64,000 nucleotides of DNA. Source: an uncultured Chthonomonadaceae bacterium (GTDB lineage Bacteria; Armatimonadota; Chthonomonadetes; Chthonomonadales; Chthonomonadaceae). Each line of letters opens with the position of its first letter. Position 1 is the first letter of the stretch. The DNA lies in the NCBI GenBank assembly GCA_963817895.1, contig CAWFQB010000003.1:544001-608000 (forward strand), in the 5' to 3' direction. The notes beneath the pieces were generated by a model, which saw only the letters and a program-made list of their open reading frames with translations, had not been told where the DNA came from and made no database searches. Below, one piece after another: positions 21,246 to 29,518 of the stretch. Position numbers and translations under genes: made by a program.

Positions 21246-21329
21246 AGACAAGGAGAAGAGGAGATAGGGAGACAAGGAGATGGATAATACGTGTTCTCCT
21301 TGTCTCCTCTTCTCCCTATCTCCTTGTCT
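21246..21329. repeat. intergenic inverted repeat built of AGAnnnGG octamers
   Basis: Left arm AGACAAGG-AGAAGAGG-AGATAGGG-AGACAAGG; right arm revcomp AGACAAGG-AGATAGGG-AGAAGAGG-AGACAAGG. Confidence 0.85.
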
Positions 21330-21335
21330 TGTTGT

Positions 21336-22850
21336 TCAGACGGCAAGGAGTTGCAGGCGTTCGCCGCTGGTCTGCTCTACGTCGGCGTGGAGGCTGCCTC
21401 CCCAACTGTCCATTGTGACAACGGCGACGAAGTTCTGCGCGTTGAGATGCCACAGGGCTTCGGGGACGCCGAACTCTTCCAGAAAGTCTACGCCGGTCAC
21501 ATCGGTAATCTTATCGGCATAGAATTGCGCCGCGCCGCCAATCGCATTGAGATAGACCGCGCCCACTTCCTGCAAGCCCTGCGAAGTTTTCTTGCCCATG
21601 CCGCCCTTGCCGATAACCGCGCGGACGCCGAACTTGCGCAGAATGTCGGCCTGATAGGGTTCTTCGCGGATACTGGTTGTCGGGCCTGCCGCTTTGACGT
21701 GCCATTTGCCGTCCTCGTCCTTGAGCATAACCGGGCCGCAGTGGTAAATAATCTGGCCGTTCAGATCTACGGGCGAGTCGTGGGCGGACAGATATTTATG
21801 CAGGGCGTCGCGTCCCGTGTACATCGGGCCGCTGAGAATTACCACATCTCCGACATGCAGTTGCCGAACATCCGCTTCCGAAAGCGGCGTTGTCAGGCGG
21901 AATTCGCGCCCGGTTGTCGGGATACCTTCGGCTTCGGCCATGCGGGCAGGGTTCTCGTCGCGGAACAGCCAATTGTTGATAGCCCCGCTTGTCGCGTCGA
22001 GATGAACGCCCAAACGCCGGTACGCCCAACAGTTATACGCTACAGATACAAAGAACGACGCGGGAAGCCGATTCAACGCGCCGATTTTACAGCCGAGCAG
22101 GGTAACGCCGCCGCCAAACCCCATGGTTCCGATTCCCAATTGGTCGGCATGCGCCATGACCTTGCTTTCCAGTTCGGCAAGAGTGGGGTCGGGGTTGGTG
22201 TCTTCCACATCGCGGAACAGTTGGTCTTTCGCGCCCGCGTAGCCGCTCGTCCGGTCTCCGCCCACGCACACGCCCAAAAATCCCGCGCTGCATCCCTGCC
22301 CCTGCGCCTGCCAGATAGAATGGAGGATGCACTTGTATACGCCCTCGATGTCGCGCCCCGCTTTGCCGACGTGTTCCAGTTCGGCGGGCAGGGAATACTG
22401 AACGTTTTTGTTTTCGCAGCCGCCGCCTTTGAGAAGGAGCAGCACTTCGATCTCGTCGCGCTCCCACTGCTCAAAGTGGATGACCGGCGTTCCCGGCCCT
22501 AAATTCAGGCCGGAGTTTTTGCCGGTAATGCTGTCCACACTGTTGGGGCGCAGTTTGCCCCGCCGCGTGGCCTCAGCAATGGCTTCCTGAATGGCTTTGC
22601 GAATCTCAATCTGGTTTGTGCCGACGGGCGTATGGACGTGAAACGTGGGCATGCCCGTATCCTGACAGATGGGCGAAACGTTGTCTTTCGCCATGTCCAC
22701 GTTAAGGCTGATGATTTGCAATGCCTGCTTTGCCTGCGTGTCCGGCTGTTCGCGTTTGTTGGCGCGAGCAAGAGCGCGGCGCACATCGGCGGGCAGGTTT
22801 GTAGCGGTCTCTGTAATCAGTTGCAGCAGGCTGTCGCGCAGTTGTTCCAT
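21336..22850 (-). CDS. fumA: class I (Fe-S) fumarate hydratase
   Basis: PICQDTG, KGGGCEN, GRDALHK, YHCGP, GPTTSIR, IGKGG. Confidence 0.92.
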   Translation of the reverse strand: MEQLRDSLLQLITETATNLPADVRRALARANKREQPDTQAKQALQIISLNVDMAKDNVSPICQDTGMPTFHVHTPVGTNQIEIRKAIQEAIAEATRRGKLRPNSVDSITGKNSGLNLGPGTPVIHFEQWERDEIEVLLLLKGGGCENKNVQYSLPAELEHVGKAGRDIEGVYKCILHSIWQAQGQGCSAGFLGVCVGGDRTSGYAGAKDQLFRDVEDTNPDPTLAELESKVMAHADQLGIGTMGFGGGVTLLGCKIGALNRLPASFFVSVAYNCWAYRRLGVHLDATSGAINNWLFRDENPARMAEAEGIPTTGREFRLTTPLSEADVRQLHVGDVVILSGPMYTGRDALHKYLSAHDSPVDLNGQIIYHCGPVMLKDEDGKWHVKAAGPTTSIREEPYQADILRKFGVRAVIGKGGMGKKTSQGLQEVGAVYLNAIGGAAQFYADKITDVTGVDFLEEFGVPEALWHLNAQNFVAVVTMDSWGGSLHADVEQTSGERLQLLAV

Positions 22851-23032
22851 AATATGTGTTCCTTGCGGGTTGAAGTGTTGGCTTATACTTTATTGTACCG
22901 CAACGCAGGCAATTCGGCAGGCGGAGTGCAGCAATATGCTTGCCGAACCGGGAATCATGAACGTATTGACTGCAAGGCCGATATGCTGTAAAATGGCGTA
23001 TAGAATGTTTATAACGTATAGGAGCAACCCTG

Positions 23033-23257
23033 ATGACCGTTACGCTGGAATTGACAAAGGAAGACGAGGATACACTGGCAATCGCCGCCGCGAAAGAGGG
23101 GCTGGAACCGCGCGATTACCTGTTGCATCTGGTGCGCCAACTGCCGACAGCGCAAAACAAACGCGAGTTGCGCGGTTATGGAATGTTGGCGCATCTTGGC
23201 GCGACGGTCGAAGAGTTTCATCAAGAGCGTCAGGAAGACCGCGTTCGCGAGATATGA
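23033..23257 (+). CDS. small antitoxin-like protein, no partner toxin
   Basis: AGGAG RBS; MTVTLEL..E...L...AA..G pattern; acidic C-terminus. Confidence 0.6.
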   Translation: MTVTLELTKEDEDTLAIAAAKEGLEPRDYLLHLVRQLPTAQNKRELRGYGMLAHLGATVEEFHQERQEDRVREI

Positions 23258-23299
23258 GGGGAGGGTGCAGAAAACTGACTACCACAATTCATATTAAGG

Positions 23300-23338
23300 A
23301 AGCAAGGAACAGGTAATGTGCCTGTTCCTTGCTTTTTG
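23300..23338 (+). terminator. rho-independent terminator
   Basis: AAGCAAGGAACAGG-loop-CCTGTTCCTTGCTT followed by T-run. Confidence 0.75.
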
Positions 23339-23372
23339 TTTGCCGCAGCAGATGTAGAATTACCCTGAAGTG

Positions 23373-23603
23373 TCAGTTGCCGCTGTCGGTTTCCGCGCCT
23401 GTGCCGGATGTGCCTGTATCGGCGGTGTTGTTCGGGTCGTTGAGGAGGTCTACAATCTGGTTGAGCGTGTCCTCACTGATATGGTCTGTCGGCTGCTGTG
23501 ACGCGCCCGCAAGATTGGGGAGCAGACGTTGCAGCGTTTCGCGGCTGATGTTCAATTCCTGTGACGCTTCATCCAGCGTGTACGTGCGTTTGGGTTGATC
23601 CAT
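23373..23603 (-). CDS. small helix-turn-helix protein
   Basis: YTLDEASQELNISRETLQR; AAGG upstream. Confidence 0.7.
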   Translation of the reverse strand: MDQPKRTYTLDEASQELNISRETLQRLLPNLAGASQQPTDHISEDTLNQIVDLLNDPNNTADTGTSGTGAETDSGN

Positions 23604-23774
23604 GAGAATGTTTCCTTGATTGCCGCGCTTCGCATCCCGGTGTCGAGCGGCAAACGACTCTGTTGAATTAATAGAGCGCGTTCGGGTTGCGTTCTTCTAT
23701 ACTACAAGAACGGAGAAACAGGCGAGAGGTTCCCGGCATTGCGCAGGAAACGGGCCTGTATTGAGAGAATCTAA

Positions 23775-24917
23775 CTCACCTTACGCAGGCGAGCAGTTTG
23801 TAGTCACAGATTTGCTGTTGTTGACGGTAGAATAGTGTCATGGACAAACAACTTCTGGACCTTTACTCAGACTATCTCCTTTGTTCGTTCGGCCTGACTA
23901 CCGCGACGGGCCTTTCCACCCTGCTCGACGGCGCGATTAGCCACGACAAGATCACGCGGTTCTTGTCAGGACGTGACTTCACTTCTTCGGACCTGTGGCA
24001 TCTGGTCAAACCCTTGGTACGGCAGGTACAATGTGAAGACGCAGTTCTGGTCTTCGATGACAGCATCGAAGAAAAACTCTATACGGATGAAAGCGAACTC
24101 ATTTGCTGGCATTGGGATCATTGCTTCAACCGCAACGTGAAGGGCATCAACATTCTGACCTGTTTGTATCGTCGCGCCCACTGCCGCTCTGCCCGTTGCC
24201 TTCGAGTTGATCCAAAAGTCGGCTTGGGAAACGCATAAGAAGACGGGCAAACCCAAGCGAGTGTGTCCCAAGACCAAGAACGAATACCTGCGCGAGATGG
24301 TGGCGCAATGTCAGAAGAACCAATTGCCTTTTCGCTATGTCCTGGCCGACGCTTGGTTCAGCGCGGCAGAAACGATGATGCACCTCAAAAACGAAGGCAA
24401 AACCGACTTTATCTTCCCGATTAAGGCCAACCGCAAGGTGGCTTTGTCCCAGGAAGACAAGTTGGCAGGCCGCTATATGCCCGTATCCTCGCTTTGCTGC
24501 GAAGCGGACGCCGTATTGAACATCTGGCTGGAGGGGGTAAACTTCCCCCTTCTGCTGTGTAAGCAGGTCTTTACAAACAAGGACGGCAGCCAGGGCGTTC
24601 TCTATCTCGTGACGAGTGACACGACGTTAAGCGGTTGCGACATCCAGACGATCTACCAAAAACGGTGGAAAGTGGAAGAGTATCACAAATCGGTCAAGAG
24701 CAATGCGAGTTTCGCCAAGTCGCCGACCAAAACTATTCGGACCCAGAGCAACCATATCTTCGCCTGTTTATGGGCGTATGTGAAGTTGGAAAGTCTGCGT
24801 TTGCAGACGCGCTTGAACCATTTTGCGATGAAAGGCAGGCTCTACAAAGCGGCCCTTGCCAGCGCCTACCGCGAACTACAACTGCTCAAAGGCATGAGTG
24901 CGCCTGCGTAAGGTGAG
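23775..24917 (+). mobile_element. IS701-family insertion sequence
   Basis: Perfect 17-bp TIRs CTCACCTTACGCAGGCG (23775-91) / CGCCTGCGTAAGGTGAG (24901-17); flanks AATCTAA / AATTTAA. Confidence 0.9.
23840..24911 (+). CDS. IS701-family DDE transposase (frameshift near 24170)
   Basis: SHDKITRFL, VFDDS..EK, LADAWF, YQKRWKVEEYHK. Confidence 0.88.
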
Positions 24918-24929
24918 AATTTAACCGGC

Positions 24930-27242
24930 ATGGAAAACAACATTGTTCCCGCAGGGGAAACCACGCTCGCCGCTTTTACGCCGCTCACGCTGAAAGCTAT
25001 CTACGAAGACAAGATTTTCGACGCCAAATATCTACGCCAGCCGCATTGGATGAAGGATAGCAGGCGTTTCTGTTTTCTGGACGCCCTGCCCAAAACAGAA
25101 ATTGTCACCGTCTGGATGTACGACATGGACAAGGGCGAACGCGCCCCGCTCATTTTTGCCGACGCACTGAAAATCAACAGCAAAGTCAACGGCGAAACAC
25201 AAAACGGAAGCGAACCGGGCGAAACACCGGAAGCGACAGAAGAAGCAACGCTCATCATTCACGGCTATCAGTGGTCGCCGGACGAAACGCGCCTGCTGTT
25301 GGCGCGCCTGCCGCGCCCGCACGAATCGGAACCGGATAAAGCGCTGTACGTCTACACGCCCGCGATACAAACATTGGAATGTGTCGCGCAAACCGAGCAG
25401 GAGTACCGCAACGTCAAATGGTCGCCCGACGGCAAATCGTTGGGCTATGTGAAGGCCGATAACCTGTACCTGCTCGATCTGAAAACCAAAACGGAAACGC
25501 GCCTCACGGATACTGCCACATCAAGCCTGTACAATGGGCGTTTCGGGTGGGTGATTGAGGAGGAACTCGATCTGGTGGATGGCTGGGCATGGTCGCCGGA
25601 CGGCAAATGGATCGCGTATTGCGAGTGCGACGAGAGCGCGGTTCCGCTTATGCCTCTAACCCGCTACGAAACCCTGCATCTGGAACCCGAATTGCAGCGC
25701 TATCCCAAAGCCGGCGATCCGAACCCGGTAGTTCGCGTTGGCCTCATCAACGTGGAAGACCGACAAGGAGACAAGGAGAAAAGGAGAAAAGGAGAAGAGG
25801 AGGCACAAGCGGCAATCGGCAATCGGCAATCGGCAATTTCCTCCCCTCTCCCCTCTCCCCTCTCCCCTCTATGGCTTGATGCCGGCTCGCATGCCGACAT
25901 TTATATTGCCGGGTTTCAGTGGACGCCGGATAATCAACTGCTCGTACAGCGGATTCCGCGTTTGCAGAACCGTTTGGATTTGCTGCGCTTTGATCCGAAT
26001 ACGGGTGAAAGCACACTGCTTTTGACGGAAACGGATGCGGCGTGGGTGGATGCGCGGGGCGCGATTTCTTTTGTAGGGGATACGGGCGAGTGGCTGTGGC
26101 CTTCGGACAGGGACGGCTACAACCATCTGTATTTGTACGACCGTGACGGCAATCTGCTGCGGCAAGTGACGAGCGGGGCGTGGGATGTGGGCGCTCCGCT
26201 CGGCGTGGACACGGAGCAACGGACGGCGTTTTTCAGCGCGGCGCGGCACGGAGTTCAGACGCGAGAGGTCTGGTCGGTAGCGCTGGACGGCGGTGAACCG
26301 GCGCAAATCTGGTCGTGCAGAGGTTCGCAGGGCGCGTTGTTTTCCCCGGATGGCAATCGGATGCTCAGTACCGTTTCGTCGCGTTCCCACCCGCCACAAA
26401 CCGATTTGCGGCAGGCGGACGGTACTCTCGTCGCGCCCATTCTCGACAATCCACTTCCGCAACGGGAACCCTTCCGCGCCGGATTGGGCAAATGGGCGTT
26501 TACTCCCATCCAACTGGAAGAGGGGTTGATGCTGAACGCTATGCTGATGTGGCCGCCCGATCTCGAACCGGGGCGTAAATACCCGGTTCTGATGTACACG
26601 TATGGCGGGCCGAACTCGCAGGTGGTATCGGATATGTGGGGCAGCCGCATGGGGCTGGAACAGTTTCTGTCGCAGCAGGGGTACATTCTCGCGCTTGTGG
26701 ATGGGCGGGGTTCGGGGATGCGGGGGCGCGACTTCAAGAAGTGTACCTATCTCAACTTAGGGCAATGCGAGGTGGAGGATCAGATTGCGGCAGCGAAGTG
26801 GCTGGCCGAGTTGCCGTATGTGGATGCAACCCGTATCGGCATCTGGGGCTGGAGTTACGGCGGCTATATGGCGAGTTTGTGCCTGCTGCGCGGGGCGGAC
26901 GTGTTCAAAACGGGCGTAGCGGTCGCGCCCGTGACGGATTGGAAACTCTACGACAGTATTTATACGGAACGCTACATGCGCCGCCCGGAAGACAACCCGG
27001 AAGGATACGCCAACTCCGGCCCGCTGGCTCATGCGGAAAAACTGAAGGGCAAGTTTCTGCTGATGCACGGACTAGACGACGACAACGTTCATTTCCAGAA
27101 CGCCGCGCAGCTTGCCGAGTTGTGGCAAAAGCACAACAAGCCCTTTCAAATGATGGTATATCCCGGCAAGCATCACGGGCTGGAGGGCGTCACGCAGCAC
27201 TGGGCGCAAACCTTCACCGACTTCATTCTGGCAAACCTGTAA
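24930..27242 (+). CDS. S9B dipeptidyl peptidase IV-like peptidase
   Basis: WSPDG repeats, WVIEEE, YPKAG, YGGP, GWSYGG nucleophile, DDNVH, catalytic His (KHHG). Confidence 0.93.
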   Translation: MENNIVPAGETTLAAFTPLTLKAIYEDKIFDAKYLRQPHWMKDSRRFCFLDALPKTEIVTVWMYDMDKGERAPLIFADALKINSKVNGETQNGSEPGETPEATEEATLIIHGYQWSPDETRLLLARLPRPHESEPDKALYVYTPAIQTLECVAQTEQEYRNVKWSPDGKSLGYVKADNLYLLDLKTKTETRLTDTATSSLYNGRFGWVIEEELDLVDGWAWSPDGKWIAYCECDESAVPLMPLTRYETLHLEPELQRYPKAGDPNPVVRVGLINVEDRQGDKEKRRKGEEEAQAAIGNRQSAISSPLPSPLSPLWLDAGSHADIYIAGFQWTPDNQLLVQRIPRLQNRLDLLRFDPNTGESTLLLTETDAAWVDARGAISFVGDTGEWLWPSDRDGYNHLYLYDRDGNLLRQVTSGAWDVGAPLGVDTEQRTAFFSAARHGVQTREVWSVALDGGEPAQIWSCRGSQGALFSPDGNRMLSTVSSRSHPPQTDLRQADGTLVAPILDNPLPQREPFRAGLGKWAFTPIQLEEGLMLNAMLMWPPDLEPGRKYPVLMYTYGGPNSQVVSDMWGSRMGLEQFLSQQGYILALVDGRGSGMRGRDFKKCTYLNLGQCEVEDQIAAAKWLAELPYVDATRIGIWGWSYGGYMASLCLLRGADVFKTGVAVAPVTDWKLYDSIYTERYMRRPEDNPEGYANSGPLAHAEKLKGKFLLMHGLDDDNVHFQNAAQLAELWQKHNKPFQMMVYPGKHHGLEGVTQHWAQTFTDFILANL
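25761..25870 (+). repeat. in-frame composite repeat cassette inside the DPP-IV gene
   Basis: (AGAnAAGG-like)x5, (GGCAATC)x4, (CTCCCCT)x4 encoding RQGDKEKRRKGEEEAQAAIGNRQSAISSPLPSPLSPL. Confidence 0.85.
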
Positions 27243-28017
27243 CCTGTTCCGGCGCGTTTGTAGGTGGGCCGGAAGTCAGCAGGCTGTGGAGAAACGCGGC
27301 GTATTCGTCCTTCATCGGCAGTTCGGAATTGGCGACGATGCGTCGCCGTTCGGCAAGAACAGCATCCTGTGTAATGGGGTTGTAGCCCTCCTTTTCGTAA
27401 GTTTCCCAGTATAAACCCGTGCCGCGCTTCTGCCACGCGGGTAATTCGTTGAAGTTGATGCCATGCGCGAACAGCAGTTCGTTTTTGTCGGACTGGCTCG
27501 CGCCTTCCAGTCGGCGCGTCGCGTGTGATACGCTGCTTCCATTTTGGCGCAACGTCCAGTAGCACCAGCCGTTGAGGGCGCACCGGGCCGCGTCCGATTG
27601 CCGCCACCGGAAATAATCCACAACGCGGGCAACATCTACGCCCATCCATACCCGGCTGTCGAAGCAGGCCGGTTTGCCGCAGGCAAGGGAAAAGGTCGCG
27701 CCGGCAATGCTGGCGGACAGGCTGACCAGTTTTTCCACTTCGCGGTCGAACAGGTTCCAGTCAGGCGGAAAGCAGACAGAGATTTCGTCGCTTTCGGTAT
27801 ACGCATAAACGCCGTTCAGCTCTTCCAGCAGCGCGCGAGTTGTCGCCACCATAAAATCGCGAAAACGGGCGTCAAACGGCTTGTCGAAATACGTTTCCGT
27901 GAAGCGCGAGAAACTGCGCCCGTCCACGCGCAGAACCGTCCACGCGCCCGGAAGGAGGCACAGCGCGTGAAAAATCTCGCCCGCCCGCATTTTGGTTTCA
28001 AAGGCGTCGCTTTCCAT
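27223..28017 (-). CDS. tRNA(His) guanylyltransferase Thg1-like protein (3'-5' polymerase)
   Basis: RVDGRSFSRFT, YTESDEIS, FDSR, YF.WRQ.D, K.ELLF..GINFN..P.WQKRG. Confidence 0.9.
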   Translation of the reverse strand: MESDAFETKMRAGEIFHALCLLPGAWTVLRVDGRSFSRFTETYFDKPFDARFRDFMVATTRALLEELNGVYAYTESDEISVCFPPDWNLFDREVEKLVSLSASIAGATFSLACGKPACFDSRVWMGVDVARVVDYFRWRQSDAARCALNGWCYWTLRQNGSSVSHATRRLEGASQSDKNELLFAHGINFNELPAWQKRGTGLYWETYEKEGYNPITQDAVLAERRRIVANSELPMKDEYAAFLHSLLTSGPPTNAPEQVTGLPE

Positions 28018-28232
28018 AAGCTATTCCCTGTATCTTCCTTTCCTTTTCATTGCGCGTGGAGGTTTGTCGGGTTAATGTTGTTTTCGCCAGCAACCACGCA
28101 GGAACAAAGACAGGACGCATGGGCGGGAAGTTACAGGCGATACGCCTACGGTTGAGAGGAACGCAACCCGTATCTTCCCGCGTACAAATCAGAGCGTATG
28201 CAAACTCGCGGAATGGGAAAGGAGGCAGGCAG

Positions 28233-28760
28233 ATGCCCGACAAGATTATACGCGAGATACCCCTGATTGCGCGGTACGCCCGTCAGAACGAGAACGAGGA
28301 TTGGCGGTTTCGCGCCCATTTGAAAGGGGAACTCGACCTGTCCAATGAGGAACTGGACGCGGTTGTAAAGGAGACGACGGATGAAGTATGGAAGCAGATT
28401 GACTGTACGGCCTGCGCCCATTGCTGCAAATCGCTGGAAATCGTTGTGGACAACAAAGACATCGGGCGGCTGGCAAAGCATTTCAATCTGACAGGGCGCG
28501 AGTTTACAAGCCGCTATGTTGCCGTCGCGGAAGACAAAACAAAGTATTTCAATGCGCTGCCGTGTCCGTTTTTGGGGCAGGACAATCGCTGCACGGTGTA
28601 TGAAATCCGCCCGGAAGCCTGCCGCGATTATCCCTATCTCTATGAAAAGCATTTTCGTTCCCGAACGATGAGCATGATCGAAAACACGGCGACCTGCCCG
28701 ATAGTATTCAATGTGTGGGACAGACTCAAACAGCAGTTCAAGCCGCGCCGACGCCGATAA
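28233..28760 (+). CDS. YkgJ family cysteine-cluster protein
   Basis: CTACAHCC, CPFL....C.VYE.RP..CR.YP; GGAGG RBS. Confidence 0.88.
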   Translation: MPDKIIREIPLIARYARQNENEDWRFRAHLKGELDLSNEELDAVVKETTDEVWKQIDCTACAHCCKSLEIVVDNKDIGRLAKHFNLTGREFTSRYVAVAEDKTKYFNALPCPFLGQDNRCTVYEIRPEACRDYPYLYEKHFRSRTMSMIENTATCPIVFNVWDRLKQQFKPRRRR

Positions 28761-28862
28761 CGAGTTGATAGTTGAGAGTTGATAGGAGGGGCAGGGACTA
28801 CGAACTATCAGCGTTCCGCCGTTTAGTAAATCGGGCCGAATGTGAAAGTAGAGGTTTGTTGG

Positions 28863-29505
28863 ATGCCGACAATGGTGACAACGCCGGAGGAGTGTTTGCG
28901 CTACGTGGAGAGCGTTGGATTCTGCGCGTGGCGACACCAGCCTAAACTCGCATGGCTGCCGTCTCTGGAAATGGCGACACAATGGCGGGGCAGCGCGGTG
29001 ACGTATCAAACGTGGTTTTGGAAGGACGACCTGCATATCGAGCGACGCCTGTATTTCGGGATGCTGATGTCGTCGGGTATTCCCCTCTTCGTGTCGCTGA
29101 ATCTATTACCTGCCCTGATTGCCGCGCAGGGCGATATTGACGCGCGGACGCTGCACGAAAAGGGGTTGCTGGCGTCCAACGCGCTGAAAGTCTATGAACA
29201 TATCGAACGGGTTCGGACCGACCGCAACCCAATTGCTTCCCTGGCCGTCCGGCAGCCGGATGCTGTACATGGCGCATTTGCAGCAAAAGTTTCTGCTTGC
29301 CAAACACGACCTGACGGGCCGAACGCGGGGAACGTATGGCTATCGCTGGGACCTGTGCGAAAATATTTTTCCCGACAGCTTTCACAAAGCGGCGCAATTG
29401 GGCGTATTAGAGGCGCGCGAACAGGTTGTGTCGCACATCAACCAAAATGGGGCAGGACTGACATTGGAAGCCGCAGCGCGGCTATTTCGCTGGCAGCCTC
29501 AATGA
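28863..29505 (+). CDS. AlkZ-related hypothetical protein (frameshift near 29210)
   Basis: VESVGF, PSLE, WFWKDDL...RRLYFG, FVS; continues GPTATQ..LQQKFLL..YGY.W. Confidence 0.55.
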
Positions 29506-29518
29506 AGGAGAGATAAAC

